A stretch of DNA of 64,000 nt from the NCBI GenBank assembly GCA_963662315.1, contig OY759353.1:1632001-1696000 (forward strand), given 5' to 3'. Both the position numbers and the translations under genes were made by a program. How positions within the stretch are numbered: position 1 is the stretch's first letter; each line of letters opens with the position of its first letter. The DNA is from Geopsychrobacteraceae bacterium. Its GTDB lineage: Bacteria > Desulfobacterota > Desulfuromonadia > Desulfuromonadales > Geopsychrobacteraceae. The notes below the pieces were generated by a model. The model saw nothing but the letters and a program-made list of their open reading frames with translations, did no database searches and was not told where the DNA came from. This document shows, one piece after another, positions 30,932 to 40,569 of the stretch.

Positions 30932-31543
30932 ATGTCAGACATTATCAACCAGGCACTAGCCCTGGGATGCAGCCGGGCCAAGCTGATCCCGGCGGATCAG
31001 ATTCAGGTCAAAGACGAGCTCGCCCAACTTTGCCAACCGGACAGTTGCGAAGAGTATGGACTGGCTCCTACCTGCCCCCCTCACATTGCGGGGCCAGCAG
31101 GGTTCCGCCATCTTCAACAGCTCTGTCAGCAAGCCCTGGTGCTGCGCATCGATGTTTTTGAACAGGATCTGCTGGGGGCACAACGCACTACGATTTTCCG
31201 CAACCTGCAGGAAATTGTTGCCCGGATGGAAGTCAATGCCCTTGGTAGTGGTTATTCTGCAGCGCATGGTTTCGCCGGAGGTTCCTGTAAACGCCTGTTT
31301 TGCGCGGATGAAGCCCATTGTACAGTACTGACCCAAAAGGCACCATGCCGTTTCCCGGACCGGGCGCGACCATCTATGTCCGGTTTCGGCATTGATCTTC
31401 TGGCCCTGATGCAAAGCTGCGACTGGCCGGCAACCTTTATCGACAGTAACAATCCACAAGATCACGAAAGAAGGTCGTGGGTAGCGGCATTAATTCTTCT
31501 GGCCGGCAGACCGACTCCCCTGACGACTGAAAATAGCCCCTAG
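30932..31543 (+). CDS. DUF2284-like Cys-rich metal-binding protein
   Basis: C...C..YG...TCPP, GSCK.LFC, CRFP..ARPSMSGFGID. Confidence 0.8.
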   Translation: MSDIINQALALGCSRAKLIPADQIQVKDELAQLCQPDSCEEYGLAPTCPPHIAGPAGFRHLQQLCQQALVLRIDVFEQDLLGAQRTTIFRNLQEIVARMEVNALGSGYSAAHGFAGGSCKRLFCADEAHCTVLTQKAPCRFPDRARPSMSGFGIDLLALMQSCDWPATFIDSNNPQDHERRSWVAALILLAGRPTPLTTENSP

Positions 31544-31561
31544 CATAAAGGAGAATCCTTC

Positions 31562-32104
31562 ATGCCTCTATGGACCCCGGATATTTATATCAAGGCCTGG
31601 AATTTTGCCAGCCAGGCTCATGGCGCTCAATGTGTTCCCGGTAGCGGAGCCCCCTACATTAACCACATCGGGCTGGTTGCCATGGAAATACTGACCGCTC
31701 TGAGTCGCAATCACACCAATTGCCCCGATCTGGCCATACAGTGTGCTCTGCTCCACGACACAATCGAAGATACTCCATGTACCTATGAGGACATTAAGGA
31801 GGAATTCGGCCCTGATGTGGCCGCAGGAGTGCTGGCATTGTCCAAAAATACCCAATTACCGAGCAAGGCAGAGCAGATGAGCGACAGTCTGTTACGTATC
31901 AGACAGCAACCGGCTGAAGTCTGGATGGTAAAAATGGCGGATCGGATCACCAATCTGCAACCCCCACCAGCACACTGGAATCAACACAAAATTTCAGCTT
32001 ACCAGGAAGAAGCCCGTCAGATTCTTCATCAATTAGGCGCAGCAAACGATTACCTGGCTCAGCGGCTGTCAGAAAAAATAGCCGCTTACGACCAATTTCA
32101 ATAA
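31562..32104 (+). CDS. Stand-alone RelA/SpoT-type HD hydrolase (small alarmone hydrolase/Mesh1-like)
   Basis: AH..Q, PYINH, ALLHDTIEDT, VKMADRITNL. Confidence 0.85.
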   Translation: MPLWTPDIYIKAWNFASQAHGAQCVPGSGAPYINHIGLVAMEILTALSRNHTNCPDLAIQCALLHDTIEDTPCTYEDIKEEFGPDVAAGVLALSKNTQLPSKAEQMSDSLLRIRQQPAEVWMVKMADRITNLQPPPAHWNQHKISAYQEEARQILHQLGAANDYLAQRLSEKIAAYDQFQ

Positions 32105-32252
32105 CCAACATGACACCCTGAAATCGATCACTGGTTGACAAGTCACCATTTTTAGGCTTGGATGCAGGAATGATAATTCATCTTCTACAACCCCCCTGGC
32201 GATTGTACCGGGTCCCGAAACTATAACAACACAGGGTGGGTGGTTTTGTTCT

Positions 32253-33662
32253 ATGGGAAAAATTCAAAAACACTACAAATTCAGTCAACAGTCGATGCTG
32301 GGAAGCATGAAGGAGCTTTCTCCCGCACAGTTTTTGATGCTGTCTTACGCTCTGGTCATTTTTATCGGCACCTTGCTGCTAACGACCCCTTGGGCGGTTC
32401 AGCAGGAGCGTCTTTCGTTTCTTGATGCCCTGTTTACAGCAACTTCGGCACTCTGTGTCACCGGCCTCTCGGTCATCGATATCGGCACCAGACTCAGCGG
32501 TTTTGGCCAAATGATTGTCCTGACCCTGATTCAACTGGGCGGTCTTGGCATCACCACCTTTTCCGTTTATCTGTTTATTTACCTGCGCGTTGGAGTCAGT
32601 ATCCGGGGTCGCTGGATTATTAATGAAACACTGATGCATACGCCGATCAGCTCATGGCGTGACCTGTTGCACGACATCTTTCTGATGACCTTCATTATTG
32701 AAGCCACAGGCACCCTGCTGCTCTCCTTCGCCTTTGTGCCAAAATTAGGGTTATGGCCAGGGATATACAGTGCTGCGTTTCACTCTGTTTCAGCCTTTTG
32801 CAATGCCGGGTTCTCTTTATTTTCAGACAGTATGGTCAGTTTCCGCGACAGCTCACTGGTTAACATGACGATCATCATGCTCATTGTCCTTGGCGGCATC
32901 GGCTTTCTCGTTATTCGCGAGTTGATGCAATTCGCCATTGGTATCGGTGCCACAAGAAAACGCCCCAATCGACTGTCCCTGCATACCAAAATTGTTCTGG
33001 TAACAACCGCCGTCCTGATTATTGGCGGTGCCGGAGCCATTGGCTTGCTGGAAAACCACCAGGCATTGGCTGATATGCCGTTGGCGGAGAAGATCTGGAC
33101 CTCACTGTTTCAGGCAGTGACCGCCCGGACAGCCGGATTTAACAGCATTGACCTCAATCTGTTCGAGGTTCCGACTCTATTTCTGTTGGCCTTTCTCATG
33201 TTTGTTGGCGCGTCACCAGGTTCTGCGGGTGGAGGCGTCAAAACGACCAGTCTGGCGCTGTTCTTTGCTATTTTTCTCAGCCGCCTCAGAGGCCGGCAAA
33301 CAACCAGCCTCTTTCACCGGACTATTCCCGATGATATTGTCAACCGAGCGCTGGCGCTGGTGCTGCTGGCGATCACTCTGATCGGAACGGCGCTGTTTGC
33401 CCTGTTAATTGTCCAGAATCAAGGGTTGGCCCATGAAGACCACCGGCAGTTCCTGCAGTACTTATTTGAAACATTTTCAGCGTTTTCCACCACGGGTTTA
33501 TCTATTGGCGCAACCGCAGCCTTAACCAGCCTCGGCAAAATTATTATCGTACTGCTGATGTTCGCCGGTCGGGTCGGACTGCTGACCATGGCGTTTGCCA
33601 TCGCCGGTCGCACCCGTAATTTCAATGCCAGTTACGCTGAAGAAAATATTATGATCGGCTAA
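32253..33662 (+). CDS. ktrB: Ktr/Trk potassium uptake membrane subunit
   Basis: DALFTATSALCVTGL, SAFCNAGF, RTAGF, SPGSAGGGVKTT, GRVGLLT. Confidence 0.88.
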   Translation: MGKIQKHYKFSQQSMLGSMKELSPAQFLMLSYALVIFIGTLLLTTPWAVQQERLSFLDALFTATSALCVTGLSVIDIGTRLSGFGQMIVLTLIQLGGLGITTFSVYLFIYLRVGVSIRGRWIINETLMHTPISSWRDLLHDIFLMTFIIEATGTLLLSFAFVPKLGLWPGIYSAAFHSVSAFCNAGFSLFSDSMVSFRDSSLVNMTIIMLIVLGGIGFLVIRELMQFAIGIGATRKRPNRLSLHTKIVLVTTAVLIIGGAGAIGLLENHQALADMPLAEKIWTSLFQAVTARTAGFNSIDLNLFEVPTLFLLAFLMFVGASPGSAGGGVKTTSLALFFAIFLSRLRGRQTTSLFHRTIPDDIVNRALALVLLAITLIGTALFALLIVQNQGLAHEDHRQFLQYLFETFSAFSTTGLSIGATAALTSLGKIIIVLLMFAGRVGLLTMAFAIAGRTRNFNASYAEENIMIG

Positions 33663-33678
33663 AGCGGAGAAACTCTCT

Positions 33679-34338
33679 ATGAAAAAGAAATTTTGTGTTA
33701 TTGGTCTCGGCAATTTCGGTTATCAGGTGGTCAGCAGTCTTTATGACGCCGGCCACGAAGTCATTGCCATTGATAACGACAAAAACAAGGTTCAAGCCAT
33801 CAAGGACATCTGCAGTTATGCAGTTTTGAGTGATGCTGCGAATAAGGAGTTCCTGAGTTCGCAAAGTATTGCCGATATGGATGCCGTGATCGTGTCCATG
33901 GGTGAGAACTCACACCTTGCGACCCTGGTCACCCTGTACCTGAAAGAGCTGAAGGTCAAAAGAATTCTGGTGAAGGCCCTTAATGTGGACCACGGCCGCA
34001 TTCTCGAAAGGATCGGGGCGACCGATGTCATTTTCCCGGAAAAAGAAATGGCCCAGCGCCTTGCTCACAATCTGACTAGTCCTAACATTCTTGAATTTAT
34101 CCCCCTGGCAGAAGAATACTCACTCTCTGAATCAGAACCGCCCAAGGCATTCATCGGCAAGACCCTGGCAGAACTCAACCTGCGCCGTAAATATGGCGTG
34201 ACTGTCATTGCCATCAAAGATGTGCTGACCGACAGTTTTATTGCCGCTCCACCCCCAGATCATCTGATTAAAAATAGTGATTTACTGATCTTAATCGGCA
34301 AATCGGATGATATTGAAAAAGCCCTGGCCCAGAGCTGA
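33679..34338 (+). CDS. ktrA: Ktr/Trk potassium uptake RCK subunit
   Basis: VIGLGNFG, IGATDVIFPE, GKTLAELNLR. Confidence 0.88.
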   Translation: MKKKFCVIGLGNFGYQVVSSLYDAGHEVIAIDNDKNKVQAIKDICSYAVLSDAANKEFLSSQSIADMDAVIVSMGENSHLATLVTLYLKELKVKRILVKALNVDHGRILERIGATDVIFPEKEMAQRLAHNLTSPNILEFIPLAEEYSLSESEPPKAFIGKTLAELNLRRKYGVTVIAIKDVLTDSFIAAPPPDHLIKNSDLLILIGKSDDIEKALAQS

Positions 34339-34445
34339 CCTTCCTAGAAAGCCAACCCGCTGGATATTCCGCCAGTGCCCGACAGCTCATAACATCAATA
34401 GCAAACTCGGGCAGGTTGAGCGCCAACAGAGTCAACGTTCCTTCG

Positions 34446-34483
34446 ACAGCAGATCTCCTGCAGAGCAAGAGATCTGCTGTTTT
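34446..34483 (+). terminator. Hairpin with T-tail downstream of the ktr operon
   Basis: acagcagatctc...gagatctgctgt followed by ttt. Confidence 0.55.
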
Positions 34484-34945
34484 CTGTGCCGCCATTTTCT
34501 CCCGTTAGGCGCTCCACAGCCAACAGGAGGTCAGCACAGCTCACTCCCCTCTGTACACCAATAATCCGTTGTGGCACCTGCGAATCACTGGCAATAATCA
34601 TAATGACAAGCTCCCTCTGTGGCCTGATTTGCATGCATAACCTTGCAAATTACGTCAAAAAACCAGATTTTTTGGCAAAGCGTAGCCCAGAAATCTCAAT
34701 GATAACCTCATCGATCAAATTTTTTTAAGCTCTTATGGCGCAACATGACAGACTTGGGTCCATTTTGCATTGCCATAATAAATCCTTCTAATCAGGATAT
34801 CTTTGTGTTGTGTTTTTAATATTTTTTTAGCATAAACGAGACGCTGTTTTACATTATGAAACAAAAGTCAAATGTCACACACGTGACGTTTCAGGCCGCA
34901 AGGCTATCCCCTTCAACTTTTTTGTTTTGTGTAAAAGGAGCAGTT

Positions 34946-35929
34946 ATGAACAGTAAGTTTATGAAAATCGGACTGATAGCAATGGCGCTGTGTCTGATAG
35001 CAATGGCGCTGTGTCTGATAGCAAGCTCACCTCTTTTAGCAGCAAATTTCCCCAGCAAAACAGTCACTGTTATCTGCCCCTGGTCTGCCGGTGGCGGAAC
35101 CGATACCATCCTGCGCGGTCTGGCCAAGCAGACCGAAACCTTCCTCGGTCAGAACATTACTGTCGTCAACAAAACCGGCGGTGGTGGCGCTATCGGCCAT
35201 GGCGCAGGGATTCACGCACGCCCTGACGGTTACACCGTCACGATGGTGACTTTTGAGATCATCTCACTGCCGCCTCAGGGTCTGGTCCCATTTACTTACA
35301 AAGATTACGATTTGTTGATGCGGGTCAACATGGATCCAGCGGCCATCACAGTTCCCAAGGATGCGCCCTACAATACCATTGCCGAATTCGTTGATTACGC
35401 CAAACAGCACCCCGGTCAGATCAAGGTTGGCCACTCCGGCCCTGGTTCTGTCTGGCAGATTGCCGGTGGGATCTTTGCCGAAAAAGCAGGCATTGATCTG
35501 ACTTTTGTTCCCCATGATGGTGCGGCACCAGCTGTTACCGCACTGGTCGGCAAACATATTCAGGCTGTTTCGGTCAGCCCCGCAGAAGTGCAGGGCCAAG
35601 TGGAAGCCGGTTCCCTCAAAATTCTTGCAATTATGAGCGATAAACGTTTGCCCAACTTCCCGGACGTACCGACCATGAAAGAAGCTGGTTATGATGTCAG
35701 CTTCGGCACCTGGCGTGGTCTGGCGGTACCGAACAAGACTCCTGCAGCAGTCAAACAGACTCTGCATGATGCCTTTAAAAAAGGAATGGAAAGCGAAGCA
35801 TTCCAGAAATTTGCCAAAGATTCAGGCCTGGGCCTGGCCTACATGAATGCAGACGATTGGGGTAAAGACCTCGAAGCTGCATCAACCAACGTCGCCACCA
35901 CGATGAAAAAGCTGGGTCTGGCAAAATAA
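34946..35929 (+). CDS. tctC: Tripartite tricarboxylate transporter substrate-binding protein
   Basis: PWSAGGGTD, VNKTGGGG, PDGYT, PDVPTMKEAG, WRGL; AAGGAG SD. Confidence 0.9.
   Translation: MNSKFMKIGLIAMALCLIAMALCLIASSPLLAANFPSKTVTVICPWSAGGGTDTILRGLAKQTETFLGQNITVVNKTGGGGAIGHGAGIHARPDGYTVTMVTFEIISLPPQGLVPFTYKDYDLLMRVNMDPAAITVPKDAPYNTIAEFVDYAKQHPGQIKVGHSGPGSVWQIAGGIFAEKAGIDLTFVPHDGAAPAVTALVGKHIQAVSVSPAEVQGQVEAGSLKILAIMSDKRLPNFPDVPTMKEAGYDVSFGTWRGLAVPNKTPAAVKQTLHDAFKKGMESEAFQKFAKDSGLGLAYMNADDWGKDLEAASTNVATTMKKLGLAK
34973..35024 (+). repeat. 21-bp tandem repeat (about 2.5 copies) in the tctC signal peptide
   Basis: ctgatagcaatggcgctgtgt x2 + ctgatagcaa, encoding LIAMALC-LIAMALC-LIA. Confidence 0.9.
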
Positions 35930-35949
35930 GATTAATATCTGATGACCTT

Positions 35950-35976
35950 AACGGGGCAGTCTCATACTGCCCCGTT
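35950..35976 (+). terminator. Intra-operon hairpin after tctC
   Basis: aacggggcagt-ctcat-actgccccgtt. Confidence 0.65.
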
Positions 35977-36004
35977 TCATTTCCTTACACTTAAAGATTC
36001 AATT

Positions 36005-36472
36005 ATGAAACGAGCTGATTTAATTATTGGTTGCCTGGGCCTGATCCTGACCCTTTATATCTGGATAACAACAGCAAGCTTTCCGGAAGATCAGGTTGTT
36101 CGGGTTGGGCCTGCTTTTTTTCCGAGAATGCTGGCCGTTGGATTGGGACTGACAAGCCTCTGCCTCATTATTCAGGCCATCGTAAAAGTCGCCGCTACGG
36201 AGCAGGGCAGTGCATCTCTGTCACTGAGCGATCCTGGTATCCGGCGTGCGCTGACGGCTTTGGCAGCAACAATTATCTACTGCCTGCTGCTCGAAACATT
36301 AGGCTTCATACCACTGTCTATCGCTTATCTGATTCTGCTGATGCTGCTGCTTAAAGAAAAAAAATATATCCAGATGAGTCTTACATCTGTTGCTGTTACC
36401 GGGGTTTTGTACGCGGTTTTTAATCTGCTGCTGAACATAACCCTGCCGCTGGGGTCGCTCTATGGATTTTAA
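36005..36472 (+). CDS. tctB: Tripartite tricarboxylate transporter TctB
   Basis: GPAFFPR, LGF, F..LLNITLPLG; 4 TM; operon position. Confidence 0.88.
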   Translation: MKRADLIIGCLGLILTLYIWITTASFPEDQVVRVGPAFFPRMLAVGLGLTSLCLIIQAIVKVAATEQGSASLSLSDPGIRRALTALAATIIYCLLLETLGFIPLSIAYLILLMLLLKEKKYIQMSLTSVAVTGVLYAVFNLLLNITLPLGSLYGF

Positions 36473-37982
36473 TCTCTTTCTCGACGGTTTTTTAACGATT
36501 TTCCAGCTGAAACCCATGCTTATGGTGTTCATGGGAGCAGCCGGAGGCATTATGGTCGGCTCCCTTCCGGGACTGACTGCCACCATGGGTGTGGCGCTGC
36601 TGGTCCCCTTTACATTCGGTCTTCCCATCGGCGAAGCAATGGGTATGCTGCTGGGAATATTCAGTGGCGCCATTTACGGCGGATCCATCTCGGCGATTCT
36701 GATCAGAACGCCAGGTACACCAGCCGCAGCCGCGACCTTACTCGACGGTTACCCGCTGACCAAGCAGGGAGAAGCCGGTCGTGCGCTGAGCATGTCGGTT
36801 TTTTCTTCCTTTATCGGCGGTCTGACCGGCGCTCTGATCATGACCTTTTTATCTCCCCAGATTTCCAAGATCGCTCTTGAGTTCAGTGCTGCCGAATATT
36901 TTGCCCTGGCGGTATTCGGCTTATCCATCATCATTTCGGTATCGGGAGGATCGATCACCAAGGGGGTCTTTGCTGGTTTTTTCGGGTTGCTGATTTCAAC
37001 GATTGGCCTCGACCCGGTCTCCGGCTATCCACGCTTCATTTTCGGGTCCATGGATCTGATGGAAGGTCCGGCGTTTATCCCGACCCTGATTGGCCTGTTT
37101 GCCTTTTCGGAAGTGTTCAAGGGGGTCGAATCATTGGTTGGCAGTAAACAGGCCATCAGTAAAATTAACAGTGTCTTTCCCACCTGGGCAGATATCCGGG
37201 TGTCCTGGAAAGATATTCTGAAGTCGAGCATCATGGGCACCTTTATTGGTGCCATCCCTGGAGCGGGCAGTGATATTGCAGCATTTGTCGGTTACAGTGA
37301 AGCTAAACGCCGCTCTAAAAATCCGGAAAAATTCGGTACCGGAGCAATTGAAGGTGTCGCAGCCGCAGAATCAGCCAACAACGCCTGCACCGGTGGTGCA
37401 ATGATCCCTCTGCTGTCCCTCGGCATTCCGGGCGATGCTGTTACCGCTGTTTTGCTCGGCGCCTTTATTATTCAGGGCCTGCGCCCCGGCCCGCTGCTGT
37501 ACCGGGACCATATGGATGTTGTCTACTCGGTTTTCGCTGCCATGATCATTGCCAATATTGCCATGTTCATTGTCGGCCTTCTGGGGGTACGCTTTTTTGC
37601 CCGGATTATTTCGCTGCGCAAAAGCATGTTATTGCCGATTATTTTCCTGCTCTCCATCGTCGGTTCTTACTCCATGCGCAACAGTGTCTTTGACATCTGG
37701 GTCGCGATTGTCTTTGGTGTCATCGGCTATATTCTGCAACGCTATCAGTTTCCGGTTTCTCCCATTCTGCTGGCACTGATCCTGGGACCAATGGCCGAAT
37801 CGAACCTGCGCCGCTCGTTGATCATCAACGACGGTTCAATCCTGTCTGTTTTAACCAGACCAATCACTGCAACGTTCCTGGTTCTTGGACTGTTATCGCT
37901 GGTTACTTCTGTCATGCGTCAACGGCGTATGAATAAACGTATGGCTGACCTACTGGGAACCTCAGCAAAAGAGGATTCCTGA
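36462..37982 (+). CDS. tctA: Tripartite tricarboxylate transporter TctA
   Basis: GSLPGL, YGGSISAILIRTPGTP, ESANNA, LGIPGD, GLRPGP. Confidence 0.93.
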   Translation: MDFNLFLDGFLTIFQLKPMLMVFMGAAGGIMVGSLPGLTATMGVALLVPFTFGLPIGEAMGMLLGIFSGAIYGGSISAILIRTPGTPAAAATLLDGYPLTKQGEAGRALSMSVFSSFIGGLTGALIMTFLSPQISKIALEFSAAEYFALAVFGLSIIISVSGGSITKGVFAGFFGLLISTIGLDPVSGYPRFIFGSMDLMEGPAFIPTLIGLFAFSEVFKGVESLVGSKQAISKINSVFPTWADIRVSWKDILKSSIMGTFIGAIPGAGSDIAAFVGYSEAKRRSKNPEKFGTGAIEGVAAAESANNACTGGAMIPLLSLGIPGDAVTAVLLGAFIIQGLRPGPLLYRDHMDVVYSVFAAMIIANIAMFIVGLLGVRFFARIISLRKSMLLPIIFLLSIVGSYSMRNSVFDIWVAIVFGVIGYILQRYQFPVSPILLALILGPMAESNLRRSLIINDGSILSVLTRPITATFLVLGLLSLVTSVMRQRRMNKRMADLLGTSAKEDS

Positions 37983-38135
37983 ACATGTGAATCTGCGCAG
38001 TCTCTGCCTGTTCTGATCAACACCGGAGCATGCGGGGGTTGCGCAAAAAGCTCAAAGTCCAGCTGAATTTCCTTCAACCTGCCAACAGATATCCGCTATC
38101 TTAACCAGATCCAAAAACTTCACTACGGATTTTTT

Positions 38136-39134
38136 ATGGCAGCGTTTCAAACAGTATTCACGACGAAAATTACCCGCGCACGCAACCTGATTCAGGTTGC
38201 ATTTTTAGGCTGGAGCCTGTATCTCGGATTGCGCCTAGCCGCATTTGTTGAATACCTGAACAGCCGCGGACAGTTGCCTGCCGTTGAACGCCCCACCGGA
38301 GTTGATGCGTACCTCCCCATCGGAGCGTTGATCAGTCTCAAAAATTGGCTTGTCAATGATCAGTTTGATCGCCTCCATCCGGCAGCTCTGGTCCTGCTTC
38401 TGACCTTTCTGGCATTGGCGTTCCTGACGCGTAAATCGTTCTGTGCATGGATCTGTCCCGTTGGTGCCGTCAGCGAGGGGCTCTACCGCAGCCAGGAACG
38501 TATCAGCAGGGTCCGTCTGCGATTATGGCCCTGGCTGGACAAGCTATTAATGGGGGTGAAATACCTGCTGCTGCTATTTTTTGTCAAACTGATTATTGAT
38601 ATGCCCCCCGCTAGCCTGCAAAGTTTTTTGGCCTCGCCTTACTGGGCCCTCAGTGACATAAAGATGCTACATTTCTTTACGGCACCAACAGCGACAACTG
38701 TCGTGGTAATTACGATTCTGGCTGTGCTTTCATTGTTTATACGCCTGTTCTGGTGTCGTTACCTCTGCCCTTATGGAGCACTGCTGGGTCTTTTCAGTTG
38801 GTTGAGCCCGAGTAGAATTGCCCGCCAGACAAACAGCTGCAAAAACTGTGGTCAGTGCGATAGAGCGTGCCCGGCATCCCTGAAAATTTCATCCTGCGAC
38901 ACCATAACCTCGGTAGAATGTACCGGTTGCCTCACCTGTGTTCAGAGCTGTCCACAGCCCGAGACACTGCACATGACTACGGCCCGCCGCCGCGTTCCGG
39001 CCTGGGGTTTTATGTTATTGGTGATCATTGTTTTCAGTTGCGGCGTCTGTGCAGGGATGATCAGTGGCCATTGGCACAGTTCTCTGACCGAGGCGGATTA
39101 TGCTAGACTGATCCCATTATTGCAGCGGCTATGA
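38136..39134 (+). CDS. Membrane 4Fe-4S binding protein (NapH/YccM-like)
   Basis: FCAWICPVG, WCRYLCPYG, two CxxCxxCxxxCP motifs. Confidence 0.85.
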   Translation: MAAFQTVFTTKITRARNLIQVAFLGWSLYLGLRLAAFVEYLNSRGQLPAVERPTGVDAYLPIGALISLKNWLVNDQFDRLHPAALVLLLTFLALAFLTRKSFCAWICPVGAVSEGLYRSQERISRVRLRLWPWLDKLLMGVKYLLLLFFVKLIIDMPPASLQSFLASPYWALSDIKMLHFFTAPTATTVVVITILAVLSLFIRLFWCRYLCPYGALLGLFSWLSPSRIARQTNSCKNCGQCDRACPASLKISSCDTITSVECTGCLTCVQSCPQPETLHMTTARRRVPAWGFMLLVIIVFSCGVCAGMISGHWHSSLTEADYARLIPLLQRL

Positions 39135-39148
39135 AAAAAGGATAAAAC

Positions 39149-39517
39149 ATGATGCGAGTATTTTTCACCTGCGGTGCACTGTCGGCGGGTTTTGCCGTAG
39201 CGGCCGGAGCCTTTGGCAGCCATGCGCTTAAAACACGTCTGTCCCCTGAGATGCTGACAGTTTTCGAAGTTGGCGTCCGCTACCAGATGTATCACGCCTT
39301 CGCCCTAATGGCGACAGCCTGGGCCATCAGTCGCAGCGGCAACGCCCTGCTAACCATTAGCGGCTGGCTGTTCATCAGCGGGACGCTGTTGTTTTCCGGC
39401 AGCCTTTATGCCCTGAGTACTAGCGGCATTAAAACCCTTGGAATGATTACCCCGTTAGGTGGAGTCGCATTCCTGGCCGGGTGGCTGACCCTGGCGATTG
39501 GTTTCTGGAAAAGCTGA
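39149..39517 (+). CDS. DUF423 (YgdD/TMEM256) membrane protein
   Basis: GAFGSHAL, YQMYHA, FSGSLY, ITPLGG. Confidence 0.9.
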   Translation: MMRVFFTCGALSAGFAVAAGAFGSHALKTRLSPEMLTVFEVGVRYQMYHAFALMATAWAISRSGNALLTISGWLFISGTLLFSGSLYALSTSGIKTLGMITPLGGVAFLAGWLTLAIGFWKS

Positions 39518-39520
39518 AGA

Positions 39521-39535
39521 TTTACAAATCTTTAC
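39521..39535 (+). promoter_or_regulatory. OmpR/CpxR-type direct repeat TTTAC-N5-TTTAC
   Basis: tttacaaatctttac, upstream of BI-1 family gene. Confidence 0.4.
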
Positions 39536-39618
39536 CAGATATATAACCGGTTTTACTAGTCATAAAGGAAAAGAGTCAGTTATAATGACTGAAAATTCTA
39601 AGACGAATCAACAACTCG

Positions 39619-39756
39619 TAGCTTATTAAGATCGGAAACGGGTTTTATTCGTTTTGGCCGACAAATTCAGGGCCTGTGAAGAGGCGTGGAACCCTCACAA
39701 ACAGGACCGCTGATTGACACCGCCACAGCGCAAGAGGGGCGTTTCCAACAGGAAAC
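39619..39756. repeat. Palindromic MITE-like intergenic repeat, degenerate copy 2
   Basis: Shares agat.ggaaacg, ttcgtt.tggc and tgacaccgccacagcg..a.ggg.cgtttc with 22557-22700. Confidence 0.6.
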
Positions 39757-39780
39757 AAAAATTAAAGGAGAAACAAAATC

Positions 39781-40482
39781 ATGCTCAACCAACACAATGT
39801 CTATTCAGACAGCAGAGCTCTCAGCATTTCCAACAGCTACTTTCAAAAAGTTTATCTGTGGATGACGATTGGCCTGTTAACCACCACAGCCGCCGCTTTC
39901 TTTATGCTGACCAGTGCCAGCCTGCAACAGATGATTTTCGGCAATCGCATGGCCTTTTATGGTCTAATGATAGCGGAATTTGGCCTGGTGATCTTTATGA
40001 CGGCGGCAATTAACCGTATCAGTTCCGCGACAGCAACCCTTATGTTTCTGGGTTATTCCGCGCTGAACGGAATAACTTTTTCCGCTATTTTCCTGGTCTA
40101 TACCCAAAGCTCCATTGTCAGTACGTTCCTGGTAACAGCTGGAACCTTTGCGGCGATGAGCATGTATGGCTATGCCACCAAACGAGACCTGACCGGCTTT
40201 GGCAGTTTTCTGTTCATGGGTCTGATCGGTATTGTCATTGCCTCACTGGTCAACATGTTCCTGCACAACCAGATGATTTACTGGATCACCAGCTATCTGG
40301 GTGTCTTCATCTTTGTTGGCTTGACCGCCTATGACACACAAAAGATCAAACGTATCGGGCAGGCGGGTTTTGCCAGTGAACAACACTATAAAAAAGCAGC
40401 GATCCTTGGTGCGTTGACTCTGTACCTTGACTTTATTAACCTGTTTCTGATGCTTTTGAGAATCATGGGGAACCGCCGCTAG
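39781..40482 (+). CDS. Bax inhibitor-1/YccA (YbhL-like) membrane protein
   Basis: KVYLWM, YGYATKRDL, TAYDTQKIK, GALTLYLDFINLF. Confidence 0.92.
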   Translation: MLNQHNVYSDSRALSISNSYFQKVYLWMTIGLLTTTAAAFFMLTSASLQQMIFGNRMAFYGLMIAEFGLVIFMTAAINRISSATATLMFLGYSALNGITFSAIFLVYTQSSIVSTFLVTAGTFAAMSMYGYATKRDLTGFGSFLFMGLIGIVIASLVNMFLHNQMIYWITSYLGVFIFVGLTAYDTQKIKRIGQAGFASEQHYKKAAILGALTLYLDFINLFLMLLRIMGNRR

Positions 40483-40543
40483 TATTCAGACTGAAACAAC
40501 TTAGATTCAACGTTGGAATATAGACAAAATGAGGGTTATAGCC

Positions 40544-40569
40544 AGTCCGGAGCAACCACGCTCCGGACT
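40544..40569. terminator. Hairpin between convergent BI-1 and DMT genes
   Basis: agtccggagc-aaccac-gctccggact. Confidence 0.6.

Noticed and set aside
32104..32253. Possible c-di-AMP riboswitch or Fur box (AATGATAATTCAT) upstream of ktrB
   Set aside because: No ydaO-type conserved elements seen; the Fur match is partial with altered spacing.
34268..34728. Several short ORFs between ktrA and tctC
   Set aside because: Mutually overlapping, no motifs, and the region contains a terminator-like hairpin; treated as intergenic.
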